Source: an uncultured Chloroflexia bacterium (GTDB lineage Bacteria; Chloroflexota; Limnocylindria; Limnocylindrales; CSP1-4). Taken from it: a stretch of DNA of 64,000 bases. Of this stretch, positions 10,917-21,166 are shown piece by piece. Made by a program: the position numbers and the translations under genes. Numbering within the stretch: position 1 is the stretch's first letter; every line of letters starts with the position of its first letter. Location of the stretch: the NCBI GenBank assembly GCA_963788685.1, contig CAWBHP010000001.1, forward strand, positions 48,661 to 112,660, read 5' to 3'. A model generated the notes under the pieces. That model was not told where the DNA came from. It searched no databases and saw only the letters and a program-made list of their open reading frames with translations.

Positions 10917-11496
10917 CGAAGCCCCACAGTGCCTGCGAGCTCGTCGTGACCCCGAGCGCGCCGGCCGACAGCGCTGCCCCGACGTCGGCCTGGGTCCGGA
11001 TGAACCCACCGGCCAGGATGGGTACCTCGAACCTGGGCAGCAGCCCGATGACCGACGGCAGGATGACGCCGGGCAGGATCTCGACGATGTCCGGCGCCGA
11101 CCGGCCGATGGCCGCCACGGCGGTATCGAGCTGGCTGCGCCGAACGAGGAGCAGCCGGAGGATCGCCGTCATGCCCTCGTGACGGATGGCCGGCATCAGC
11201 TGGCCATGCGAGCTGATGACCGCGTCGACGCCCGATTTGGCGAGCCAGCCGATGCTCGATCGGTCGGCTCGCAGGCCACCGACCAGGTCCACGTGGACGG
11301 CGACGAGCTTGCCCGCGTCGTGGATCTGGCGGACGTCGTGAGCGATCGCGAGGCCGTTGCCGCGGAGGATGAAGACGACCGGCGCCCGGCTGACGATGGC
11401 GGCGCCGAGGTTCTCCTCGGCCGTGATCGCCGCGCAGCACGGATCGGCGGCGACTCGGGCGATGAATGCCTCGGCGTCCGGCGGGGTGTACGACAC
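10906..11496 (-). CDS. glpP: Glycerol-3-phosphate-responsive antiterminator GlpP
   Basis: VHVDLVGGL, DAVISS, PDIVEILPG, PILAGGFIRT, AGALGVTTSSQALW; GTG start with GAGGGG RBS. Confidence 0.92.
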   Translation of the reverse strand: MSYTPPDAEAFIARVAADPCCAAITAEENLGAAIVSRAPVVFILRGNGLAIAHDVRQIHDAGKLVAVHVDLVGGLRADRSSIGWLAKSGVDAVISSHGQLMPAIRHEGMTAILRLLLVRRSQLDTAVAAIGRSAPDIVEILPGVILPSVIGLLPRFEVPILAGGFIRTQADVGAALSAGALGVTTSSQALWGFDVN

Positions 11497-11580
11497 GTCC
11501 CGTCCCCTCTGAGGTTGCGCGCGCCCGTTGAGGATAGGGCCGTAGCCCATCTTCCTCAACCCCGGCGACGCCGCACGGCG

Positions 11581-13178
11581 TCAGCGCTTCGGGCGCTTGC
11601 TCCCGGCGGCGGTGCGGCGTGCCGGTGCGGCCGGCCTCGAGCGCCGCCGCGGCAGCTTGACGGACTCGCGGTCGCGGAACACGAGCTTGATCGGCGTCCC
11701 GTGGAATCCGAAGGCGTCGCGAATCTGGTTCTCGAGGTAGCGCCGATACGAGAAGTGGATCGAGGCCGCGTCGTTGGCGAAGAAGACGAACGTCGGCGGC
11801 GCAACCGCGGCCTGCGTCCCGTAGAAGATCTTCGGGCGGCGGTTCTTGACGACCGGCGGGACCTGGCGCTCGATCGCGGTCCGGATGACGCGGTTCAGTT
11901 CTGCGGTGGAGATGCGCTTCCGACGCTCGCCCCAGATGTCGACGGCCATCTCGAGGACCTTGCCCGACGCGCTGGCCGGTCTTCGCACTGATCGAGACGA
12001 GCGGCGCGAAATCGAGGAACGGGACCTCGTTGTGGATCCACTCGACGTACTGCTCGAACGTCTTGTCGGTCTTGTCCTCGACGAGGTCCCACTTGTTGAC
12101 CGCGATGACGAGGCCCTTGCCCTCATCGACGACGTAGCCCGCGACATGGGCGTCCTGGGCCGTCAGGCCCTCGACCGCGTCGATCACGAGGACGGCGACG
12201 TCGGCCCGGCCGATCGCCTTCATCGATCGGAGCGTCGAGAACCGCTCGGCGGCGGGTCCGCCGGCGACCTTGCCCCGGCGCTTGATCCCGGCGGTGTCGA
12301 TCAGGACGATCTCGCTCCGGCCCCAGGCGAGTGTCGTGTCGATCGAGTCGCGGGTCGTCCCGGGCACCTCGGAGACGATCGCCCGGTCCTCGCCGAGGAG
12401 CGAGTTCAGGAGCGACGACTTGCCGACGTTCGGCCGGCCGACGAAGGCGATCGCCGCGGGCTGCTCATCGTCCGACGCGGCGATCGCGGCATCCCAGCGG
12501 GCGGCCGCGGCGGGGTCGATGCCGGGATCGGCATCGGTCTCGTCGAGGTCCTCTTCCTCCTCACCGACGACGAACGGCTCGAGGCGGCCCGGCGGCGACC
12601 TCCTTGGCCCACGCCTCGGCCTCGTTCTCCTTCGCCTTTCGGGCGATCTCCTGCTCGGACTCCGGCGGCAGCGCCCAGACGATCGCGTCGAGCAGGTCGC
12701 CCGTGCCGCGGCCGTGCGACGCGGAGATCGCGTACGTCTCCTCCCAGCCGAGCGAGTAGAACTCCGCGGCATCGGCCTCGCGCTGGGTGTTGTCGGTCTT
12801 GTTCACCGCGACGATGATCGGCTTCGTGGCCCGTCGGAGGAGCGCCGCGGCCTCCTCGTCGGCCGGCGTGATGCCGGTCACCGCATCGACGAGGAACAGG
12901 ATGACGTCGGCCTCGCGGATCGCCAGGCGGGCCTGCTCCTGGACCTTGAGCTCGATCGGGTCGGCCGGGTCGACCTCCAGGCCGCCGGTGTCGACGATGA
13001 TGAAGCGGCGGCCGTTCCAGTCGGCGTCGCCGTACATCCGGTCACGGGTCGTCCGGGCGCGGTCCTCGACGATCGCCTGGCGCCGCCCGACGATGCGGTT
13101 GAAGAGCGTGGATTTCCCGACGTTGGGTCGTCCCACGACGGCGACCACAGGCAAGCCGGCGAGGCTCGAGGATGCCAC
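11581..13178 (-). CDS. der: Ribosome biogenesis GTPase Der, frameshifted
   Basis: Two G domains (GRPNVGKS twice, DTGG/DTAG, NKTD/NKWD) and a KH-like C-terminus YRRYLENQIR. Confidence 0.95.
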
Positions 13179-13183
13179 GGGAG

Positions 13184-14173
13184 CTACGCGGCGCCGTGGG
13201 TCTGGGTCGCGCCTTCGTTGTGCACGAATTTCGGGAGCGAGCTCGTCCGGCCGGCTGGTGTCGCCGCGCCGGCGAGGGCCTCGCGAGCCAGTTCGGCGGC
13301 CCGTTTGGCGACCTTCGGCGAGCCCCCGATCTCCAACACCCGCTCCGCGACGTCGCGGAGGTCCTCGATCGGGGTCGACGTGCCGCCGGTCACGCCGACG
13401 ACCTTCTTGCCGTCGAAGACGCTCGCGTCGTCGAGATCGGCCGCGTGCTCGATCTGGATCGCCGGCGTCCCGACGATGCCGCAGAGCCGCGTCAGCTCCT
13501 TCGTGTTCGCGCTCGAACGGCCACCGACGACGACCATGAGATCGACTTCGCGGGCCGCCTCGACCGTGTCTTCCTGGCGCCGGATCGTCACGGGACAGAC
13601 GGTGTTGACGATCTTGAGCTCATGGCTCCGGCCGACCATGAACGCGGCGAGCTTCTCGAACTTCCACGGCGGCTGGGTCGACTGCGAGATGAGGGCCATC
13701 CGCTTCTTGCGGGGGACCTTCGCCTCCCACTCCTCTTCCTCGTCGACGACGATCGCGTCGGGGGCGAAGCCGAGGAGGCCGACGACCTCGGGGTGCTTCG
13801 GAGTGCCGAGCAGGACGATCGTGTAGCCCTCGTCGACGAGCCGGAGAAGCTCCTTCTGCTCCTGGATGACCCAGGTGCAGGTCCCGTCGATGACCTCCAG
13901 GCCGCGGGCGTTGGCCCGCTCCATGACGTCCGGCCGGACGCCATGGGCCCGGATCACGACCGCCGCGCCGTGATCGACGTCGTCGAGCGTCTCGACGGTC
14001 CGGATGCCCATCGCCTGGAGATCCGTGACGACGCCCTCGTTGTGAACGACCTGGCCGAGGGTATGCGTCAGCTTGCCGGCTGCCGACGACTCCTTGGCCT
14101 TGTCGATCGCCTCGCGCACGCCGTAGCAGAAGCCGGTGCGCTTCGCGATCTTGATCGTTTCAACGGTTCCCAT
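13184..14173 (-). CDS. ispH: 4-hydroxy-3-methylbut-2-enyl diphosphate reductase
   Basis: GFCYGV, VHN, IRAHG, DGTC, NTVC, GGRSSANT, GTSTP. Confidence 0.96.
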   Translation of the reverse strand: MGTVETIKIAKRTGFCYGVREAIDKAKESSAAGKLTHTLGQVVHNEGVVTDLQAMGIRTVETLDDVDHGAAVVIRAHGVRPDVMERANARGLEVIDGTCTWVIQEQKELLRLVDEGYTIVLLGTPKHPEVVGLLGFAPDAIVVDEEEEWEAKVPRKKRMALISQSTQPPWKFEKLAAFMVGRSHELKIVNTVCPVTIRRQEDTVEAAREVDLMVVVGGRSSANTKELTRLCGIVGTPAIQIEHAADLDDASVFDGKKVVGVTGGTSTPIEDLRDVAERVLEIGGSPKVAKRAAELAREALAGAATPAGRTSSLPKFVHNEGATQTHGAA

Positions 14174-14489
14174 GTCAGGTCAAGTATCGCCTGCCCCCTG
14201 CGGGCCATCTCGGCCGCGTTGGCACACCGCGGGCTCGAGAGCGACCCGAGATACCGCCGCTGTTACGGCAGGCGTACCAAGGCGCGATCGGTAGGCAGGC
14301 CGGGGCCCCCAAAACGGGCGTCCATTGGCATCCGTTACGCCTGGCACATTAGCGGCTGAGGGGACGACGCGTCGTACTGTAGCCGTAGGTCACCCAGGAT
14401 CGGGTCTGGACCCGCCAAGAGCGCCGTGATTACCGCGACCTCGAGCGGCAGATAGCCATCCAGTGTCTTATCCCTGCCCACGTCCGGAC

Positions 14490-15194
14490 CTACGGCACGC
14501 TTGAGCCGTAGACGCCGCGGTGGCGCGGCGGCAGCTCGGCGGCGATCCGGCGCATGATCAGGTCCGTCGCGGCGGCCTTGGCCGCCTTGCGGTCGAGGCC
14601 TTCGGGCAGCTCGTCGGCCGGCCGGAATGGGCGCCCGACCCGCATCGTGGCGTGGCCACCGGGACGAGGCAGCAGCCGGCCCTTCGGCCAGACTCGGTCC
14701 GTATCGGCGATCCCGATCGGGACGATCGGCGCACCCGTTCGGAGCGCGAGCATCGCGAGGCCGTCTTTCGGCTTCTGGAGCTCGCCAGTCGGGCTGCGCG
14801 TGCCTTCCGGGAAGATCATGAGGACGTGGCCCTCGTTGAGGACCCGTTCGGCCGTCCGGAACGCGTCGACGTCGGCGGATCCGCGATCGACCGGATGGAC
14901 GCCGCCGTTGCGGGACACCCAGCCGACGACCGGCCAGTCGAACATCTCCTTCTTGCCGAGCCAGTGGATCCGCCGGCCGAGCCGCTTCGTCAGCCACGCC
15001 CCGAGGATCACCGCGTCGGCGTTCGAGATGTGATTGGCCGCGAGGATGACCGGACCCTCGTCGGGGATCTCGTCGACCGCCCCTTCGACGCGGACCCGGG
15101 TGATGCTCCGGGCAATCGTTCGCGCCCCGAACGCGATCGTTCGGATGAGGGGCGTGAGGTGACCCTCGAGCGGCCGTTGTGCGTCCTCGCTCAC
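14490..15194 (-). CDS. plsC: 1-acyl-sn-glycerol-3-phosphate acyltransferase
   Basis: NHISNAD and IFPEGTRS motifs. Confidence 0.92.
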   Translation of the reverse strand: MSEDAQRPLEGHLTPLIRTIAFGARTIARSITRVRVEGAVDEIPDEGPVILAANHISNADAVILGAWLTKRLGRRIHWLGKKEMFDWPVVGWVSRNGGVHPVDRGSADVDAFRTAERVLNEGHVLMIFPEGTRSPTGELQKPKDGLAMLALRTGAPIVPIGIADTDRVWPKGRLLPRPGGHATMRVGRPFRPADELPEGLDRKAAKAAATDLIMRRIAAELPPRHRGVYGSSVP

Positions 15195-15913
15195 GACTGG
15201 CCCACTCGCGGCATGGCGGCACGCCGCTCCGCGTCGCGGATCGCCGTCACGACGGCTGCGACCGTGTCCTCGAATTCGTTGCCGTCGGTGACGATGTGGA
15301 TGGCGTCCTCGGCCGGCCGGAGCGGGGCAACCGTGCGGTTGCGGTCCAGGTCATCGCGCCGGCGAAGCTGCGCGAGGATGAAGCGCGCCTCCGGGCTGTC
15401 CGGGGCGAGACCGCGTTCCTCTGCGCGCCGGCGAGCCCGTTCCTCGGCCGACGCGTCGAGGAAGATCTTGAGGTCCGCATCGGGCAGGACGACCGTCCCG
15501 ATGTCGCGGCCGGCCATGATGATCCCGCCGGGCTCCCCAGCCAGCGCGCGCTGCCGCTCGAGCAGGGCCTCGCGGAGCTCCGGGACGCGCGACACCGCGG
15601 AGACTGCCTCGTCGACGATGGGCGTGTGGACGGCCTCGGTCACGTCCTCGCCGTCCACCGTCACGTGGGCGAGGCGGCCGTTCTCATCGGGGACGAGCTC
15701 GATCTCGGACGTGAGGGCGACGAGCGGCGCCGGATTGCCGGCGGCCGGTACGCCGCGCCGCAGCGCGAGCCAGGTCGCCGCCCGGTAGAGGAGGCCCGTG
15801 TCGCAGAAGCGATAGCCAAGCTCGACGGCCGCCGCGGCGCCGACGCTGCTCTTGCCCGATGAGGCCGGCCCGTCGAGAGCGACGACGAGCTGCGGACCGA
15901 TGGACAGACTCAC
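15191..15913 (-). CDS. cmk: Cytidylate kinase
   Basis: DGPASSGKS, DTGLLYRA, GRDIGTVVLPDA. Confidence 0.96.
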   Translation of the reverse strand: MSLSIGPQLVVALDGPASSGKSSVGAAAAVELGYRFCDTGLLYRAATWLALRRGVPAAGNPAPLVALTSEIELVPDENGRLAHVTVDGEDVTEAVHTPIVDEAVSAVSRVPELREALLERQRALAGEPGGIIMAGRDIGTVVLPDADLKIFLDASAEERARRRAEERGLAPDSPEARFILAQLRRRDDLDRNRTVAPLRPAEDAIHIVTDGNEFEDTVAAVVTAIRDAERRAAMPRVGQS

Positions 15914-15969
15914 ACCGCCGAGGATAGCCGAGCGGCCGGGCGCCGAACGACGAGCCGGAAGCCAGGCCC

Positions 15970-16779
15970 CTAGCGCCGCGGCCGCGGCTTGGGCGCCTCG
16001 TCGCGCGACCTGCCGGCACCGGAGCCGAGCCCGCGGACCTCCGGGGCCTTGAGTGGCCGCGTCCGCCCGCTTCGCAGGCCGTCGATCCGGACGGGACCGA
16101 TCCGGACGCGGACGAGACGGTCGATCGGGACGCCGACGGCGGCGAACATCCGGCGAAGCTGGCGCTTCCAGCCCTGGCGCAGGGTCGCGCGGTACCAGTG
16201 CAGGTCGCCCGGGCTGGGGTCGAGGAGGTCAACGAGCTTTTGTCTCTCGACGTCGGTCATCGTTCGGAGATGGAAGAGCGTCGCGAGGCCCTCATCGAGC
16301 GCGATCCCAGTCTCGAGAGCGCGGCGTTGGTCGCCGTCGAGCGGCGCGCTGACCCCGATCGCGTACTCCCGCTCAACCCCGAACCGCGGGTGAAGGACCC
16401 GCTCCGACCAGGCCCCGTCGTTGGTCAGGATCAAGAGCCCCTCGGAGTCCAGGTCGAGCCGCCCGACCGGATACAGGCGAGCGCCGTCCGGCACGAGCGC
16501 GGTCGGCAGGAGGTCGATGACGGTTGTTGCGGCGTGCCGGTCCCGCGTGGTCGAAGTCACGCCCCCGGGCTTGTGCAGGAGCAGGTACGTGGTGCGGGCC
16601 GCCGATCCGATCGGCAGGCCGTCGACTTCGATGACGGCCGCATCGGCCTCGACCTGCTGGCCGATCGTTGCTCGCCGGCCATCGACCGTCACCCGCCCCG
16701 CCGCGATCAGGTCCTCACTGGCTCGGCGGCTGGCGACGCCCGCGGCGGCGAGGACCTTCTGGAGACGCTCGGGCGGCAT
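15970..16779 (-). CDS. rluB: rRNA pseudouridine synthase (RluB/RsuA family)
   Basis: ERLQKVLA..GVASRR S4 domain; PVGRLD..SEGL catalytic motif; position after scpB. Confidence 0.88.
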   Translation of the reverse strand: MPPERLQKVLAAAGVASRRASEDLIAAGRVTVDGRRATIGQQVEADAAVIEVDGLPIGSAARTTYLLLHKPGGVTSTTRDRHAATTVIDLLPTALVPDGARLYPVGRLDLDSEGLLILTNDGAWSERVLHPRFGVEREYAIGVSAPLDGDQRRALETGIALDEGLATLFHLRTMTDVERQKLVDLLDPSPGDLHWYRATLRQGWKRQLRRMFAAVGVPIDRLVRVRIGPVRIDGLRSGRTRPLKAPEVRGLGSGAGRSRDEAPKPRPRR

Positions 16780-17424
16780 CAGTCAGGCTCTGGGGCGGCC
16801 GCATCGGGAGCCTGGGCCAGCCCCCGCTCGCTCGCCACGGCGACGCCGCCCTCCTCGGCCAGCCGCGCCGCGACGTCAACGTCGAGCGGCTGGCAGCTCG
16901 TCCAGGCTCGTCAGGCCGAATCGCTCCAGGAAGTCGAATCCCGTCCCGTAGAGGAACGGCCGCCCCGGCGCATCCGACCGGCCGAGCTCGACGACGAGGC
17001 GGCGGTGTAGCAGCGACCGGATCGTGTAGTCCGAATCGACGCCTCGGATTCGCTCGATCGCCGACTTCGCGACCGGCTGGCGATAGGCGACGATCGCGAG
17101 CGTCTCCAGCGACGCCGGCGAGAGGTGGATCGCGTCAGCGCCGACGTAACGAGCGATCAGCGCGCCGGCCTCCGGCGCGGTCGCGAGCTCGACCCGGTCG
17201 CCGGCCAGGACAAGGCGGATCCCGCGCCGCCCGAGCGACACCTCGAGGTCGCCGAGGCGGGCATCGACCGTCGCCTGATCGACGCTCGCCAGCGCCGCGA
17301 TCTCGCGGCGGGCCAGGGGCCGCTCGGCGACGAACAGAAGGGCCTCAAGCTGCGCTTCGGTGAGCTCTGCGGGGGCGCTGTCCAGTTCGGGCGCGTCGGG
17401 TGCGTCGGCGAGTTCGTCGGTCAC
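16779..17424 (-). CDS. scpB: SMC-Scp complex subunit ScpB, frameshift near C-terminus
   Basis: LEALLF, LETLAIVAYRQP, IRGVDS, PGRPFLYGT...FGL.SLDELP. Confidence 0.95.
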
Positions 17425-18302
17425 GAGAACGACTCCAGGCGCTCGTCGAGCGGCTCGTCCACGGCCGCTGCCCCGGTCGTGCGCTCGTCGGGGGTCGTCG
17501 CCCGGGCGACGATCGGGCCCCACGGCTCGTCCTGGGTGACCACGATCTCGCGCCGCTTCATCAGCTCGAGCATCGCCAGGAACGTGATCGCGACCACGAC
17601 GCGGTCGCGGACGCCGCGCAGCAGCTCCTGGAGAATCACGGTGCCGGCGCCCGCGTCGCGGATCGCTGCCCGGATCATGTCGGCCCGCTCGGTCATCGTG
17701 ATCACCCGCGGCACGACCTCGGGCGGCAGCTCCGGTGGGAGCGCGAGCCGGGCGAGGCCGTCGAGGGCCGTGACGAGGAGGTCGGTGCTGAGCGGTGGCG
17801 CATCGCTGGGTCGCGCGCCGGCGAGCCCGGCCGCCGCGGCAGCCGCGGGTTCCCGCCGGAAGAGCCCATTCCGGAAATGCGCCTCTTCGAGGAGCCGCGC
17901 CCCGGCGTCCCGGTAGGCGCGGTAAAGCAGGAGGCGGGCGCGCAGCTCGGCCTCGGGGTCTGGCTCCTCCTCCGGCAGGACGCCTGCCGGCAGCTCGACG
18001 TGGCGCGGCAGCATCGCCCGGCTCTTGATGAGGATGAGCTGGCTCGCGACGGCGACGAACGAGCTGACGTTCCCGAGCCGGTCGTCGTCGAGCGAGGCGA
18101 GGGCGTCGAGATAGGCCTCGGCGAGGTCGCCGAGCGGCACCGTCAACACGTCGAGCTGGCGAGCTTCGATCAGCGCCAGGAGAAGCGCGAGCGGCCCGGC
18201 GAAGTCAGGCAGCTGGACGTGGGTCACGGTGGCGTCGGGCCGGCGACCCTCGCCGAACGCGACCGACGTGCGGCCGATCGGCGACGCGGCCTCTGCGGCC
18301 AT
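17421..18302 (-). CDS. scpA: Kleisin ScpA
   Basis: FAGPLALLLALI, LILIKSRAMLP, TFLAMLELMK. Confidence 0.95.
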   Translation of the reverse strand: MAAEAASPIGRTSVAFGEGRRPDATVTHVQLPDFAGPLALLLALIEARQLDVLTVPLGDLAEAYLDALASLDDDRLGNVSSFVAVASQLILIKSRAMLPRHVELPAGVLPEEEPDPEAELRARLLLYRAYRDAGARLLEEAHFRNGLFRREPAAAAAAGLAGARPSDAPPLSTDLLVTALDGLARLALPPELPPEVVPRVITMTERADMIRAAIRDAGAGTVILQELLRGVRDRVVVAITFLAMLELMKRREIVVTQDEPWGPIVARATTPDERTTGAAAVDEPLDERLESFS

Positions 18303-18800
18303 CAGTTCGCCTCGTCCGCCAGGCGCAGCCGCTCGCCGGCGTCACCGTCCCGTGGCGCGTCCTGGTGCCGGATCAGCTCCACCGTCCGTGGCGAGCAGCC
18401 CGCGGCCGCCGCGAGACGCGCCGAAGCCTCGGCGTGGTCCTGGAGCCGGGTCAGGGCGTCGCGGAATCCCGGCAGTGCTCCCGGCGACGCGCCAGATCCA
18501 GCGCCCGTATTCCTGGCCGAGCGAATACGCGACGCGGGGCCAGAGGCCCGTGTCGCCCTTGCCGGCGTCGTGGAGGAGCCCGGCGAGCAGCAGCTCCTCG
18601 TCGAGCTGCCCTTCTGCCCGGAGCGTGGCGACGACGTCGAGCCCATGGCGGCGGTCGGCGACGTGCATGGAGTCGAACAGGGCTAGCTGGGGCGGGCTCA
18701 GCCAGTCGTCCAGGCCCGCACGCTCGCGTGCGTCGACCCGGGCGCGCTGATGCGCGCGGAACTGGCGGACCTTAGATCCCCAGAAGGACGCGAGCGACAT
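18302..18800 (-). CDS. HD-domain protein, frameshifted
   Basis: DRRHGLDV, AGLLHDAGK, DHAE.SA, LIRHQD, LRLADE. Confidence 0.8.
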
Positions 18801-19408
18801 TCGTGATCAGCGCTGCCGAGCAGGCCGGGACGAGGGAGACGATGACCGCGATGAGGATGATGAACCCGTACTGCTGAAGGACCGGGCGCCATTGCCAGGC
18901 CTGCTGCGGCGACATGAACCGGAACAGCAGGTTCGAGCCGTCGAGCGGCGGGATCGGGATCATGTTGAAGACCGCCAACGCCGACGTTGTAGACGACGAA
19001 GCTGAGGAGGCAGCTCGAAGACGCAGGGGCGGAACGCGGCATTCGCCGGTCGTATCGAGGACCCGGAACACGACGGCGCGCGATGCTGGCCATGATCGAG
19101 GTTCGAAGCCGGCCCGGCGAGGGCGACGAGGACCTCGCCGTTGCGGCGATCGCGGAGCATCGACGGGTTGACCGGCGTCGGCTTCGCCCAGCCGAACAGC
19201 AGCCCGCCCGGCAGGAGGGCGGTGATCACGAGGAACAGCCCGCCGATCGGGTCGAAATGGACGACGGGATTGAGCGTCAGCCGGCCGAACATCTTGGCCG
19301 TCCCGTCCCCGAGCCGGTACGCGACGAGGGCGTGGGAGAACTCGTGGACCGGGAACGCCACGAGCAGGAAGATCGCGATCAGGATGATCGTGCTGGAGTC
19401 GATGGCAC
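18772..19408 (-). CDS. Site-2 protease (peptidase M50), frameshifted
   Basis: HEFSH, GRLTLNP, ALAGPASN, FNMIPIPPLDG. Confidence 0.9.
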
Positions 19409-19488
19409 GGGTGCCTCAGGAACGGTGGCGGGGACGCGCTAATCCTACCCGGGCCGCCGGTCCGCGCCGCGGGCCGCCGCGCCGTCGA

Positions 19489-20225
19489 TCAGAGGCGCCG
19501 GAGGATGTCCGCCTTCTTGGCCTCGTACTCCTCCGGGCTGATCGCGCCGCGATCGCGGAGGTCGGCGAGGCTGGCGAGCGTGCGAGTCAGCTCGTCGGGC
19601 GTCATCTCGGTCCGCCGCGCCGCCTCGGACGGTGGGGCAGCGCTCGGCGCCGGCGCAGGGCCGGATGCCGGTCCGGTCGGGGCCCGCAGCGGCGGCGACG
19701 GCAGCGGCCGCGCCCCGGACAGCTCGAGCTCGAGCTCGTGCTTCGCCTCGAGCATCGCCCGCTTGAAGCCGTCCGCATCCTTCAGCATCCGGAGCCGCGA
19801 GATCCCCGACTCGGACGCGGTCAGGATGTCGAGATCGCCGAAGCCGAAGATCCGCCCGAAGATCGACTGGGTCAGGACCGCGTCGTTGATCTTCTCGAGC
19901 GAGCTGTCGACGAGCTGCTTGTTGAGGACGCCTTCCATCTGCAGCACCCGCCGCGTCGTGACGACGAACTCCTCGTTCACCCAGCGAAGGATCTGCCAGC
20001 CGAGGTAGGCAAGCCCGCCGACCACGAGGGCGAGGACGACCAGCCCGATGATCGCGATCGAAGTGCCCCGCTCGTCCTCGCGGCCGCTCGAAGAATGAGC
20101 AGCAGGATCGCGGCGACGATCGCCAGGATCCCGTACCGCGCGTCGGCGACGAGCACGAACCAGTGCTGGTGTTCGCGCCGCAGCACCCGTTCCCCGGACG
20201 CAAGCTTGCCGTCGATGTAGGGCAT
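19489..20225 (-). CDS. Membrane protein with bacterial PH (bPH_2) and SHOCT domains, frameshifted
   Basis: Two TM helices; VTTRRV...GRIFGFGDL; C-terminal LADLRDRGAISPEEYEAKKADIL. Confidence 0.85.
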
Positions 20226-20243
20226 TCGGGCGCGTGCCTCCAC

Positions 20244-21158
20244 TCAGGCCCGCGGGTGAGCGCGAGCGTAGACCTCTCGGACCCGTTCTCCGGTCAGGTG
20301 CGTGTACAGCTGGGTCGTGCTGATACTCGCATGTCCAAGCAACTCCTGAACGATGCGCAGGTCGGCCCCACCCTCGAGCAGGTGGGTGGCGAACGAGTGG
20401 CGCAGCGTGTGGGGGCTGATCCGATCGCTCAGCCCGGCCGTCCGGGCGGCGGCCTTGACGATGCCGAACCCCTGCTGCCGGGCGAGGCGTCGGCCGCGGT
20501 CGCCGATGAACAGCGGGCCGCCACGGTCCGGCGACACGTGACCGATCGCGAGCAGCGCCGGGCGGCCCTCCGTCAGCCACCGGTTCAGCCAATCGAGCGC
20601 CACGTCGCCGACCGGGACGAGCCGCTCCCGGTCGCCCTTGCCGATGACCCGCACGAATGCGCCGTCGACCGACAGCTGCTCGACGTCGAGCCCGAGCGCC
20701 TCGCTGATCCGCAACCCGGCCGCGTAGAGGAGCTCGAGGAGCGCCCGCCCGCGGAGGTCCGGGGCGGCCTCGAGGAGCCGGTCGACCTCGTCGATCGTCA
20801 GCGTCTCCGGCAGCAGCCGCGGCTGGCGCGGCAGATCGATGTGCTGCGCGACGTCGACGCGGATCAGCCCCTCACCGAACGCGAAGCGGTAGAAGCCGCG
20901 GATGCTCGCGGCGCGGCGGCGGAGCGACGTCGGGGCAAGTCCCGGATCGTGGGGCCGGCCGCGGCGGGTCCGCGCCGCTAGGTAGCGGAGGGCCGCATCG
21001 GGCGTCCGGTCCCACTCCGAGGCACTGCCCCGGGCGGAGGCGAAGTCGTCGAGATCGCCGCGGTAGGCGCGGATCGTCGCCGGCGAGAGGCCGCGCTCGG
21101 CCCGCAGGTACGTCAGGAAGTCGGCGACGGCGCGGTCGAGCGTTGTCGGGCTCGGCAC
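20244..21158 (-). CDS. xerD: Tyrosine recombinase XerD
   Basis: GLRISE, GKGDRERLVP, HTLRHSFATHLLEGGADLR, LLGHASISTTQLYTH; housekeeping context. Confidence 0.9.
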   Translation of the reverse strand: MPSPTTLDRAVADFLTYLRAERGLSPATIRAYRGDLDDFASARGSASEWDRTPDAALRYLAARTRRGRPHDPGLAPTSLRRRAASIRGFYRFAFGEGLIRVDVAQHIDLPRQPRLLPETLTIDEVDRLLEAAPDLRGRALLELLYAAGLRISEALGLDVEQLSVDGAFVRVIGKGDRERLVPVGDVALDWLNRWLTEGRPALLAIGHVSPDRGGPLFIGDRGRRLARQQGFGIVKAAARTAGLSDRISPHTLRHSFATHLLEGGADLRIVQELLGHASISTTQLYTHLTGERVREVYARAHPRA

Positions 21159-21166
21159 GTCAGGCG

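Noticed and set aside
14180-14489. Possible small gene or RNA between plsC and ispH
   Set aside because: A short protein-like stretch (TLDGYLPLEVAVITALLAGPDPIL) lacks a convincing start and no stable structure was seen; at most a remnant.
20244-21158. Mobile-element integrase
   Set aside because: XerD-type sequence in the standard recN-xerD-scpAB context, with no att sites or cargo seen.
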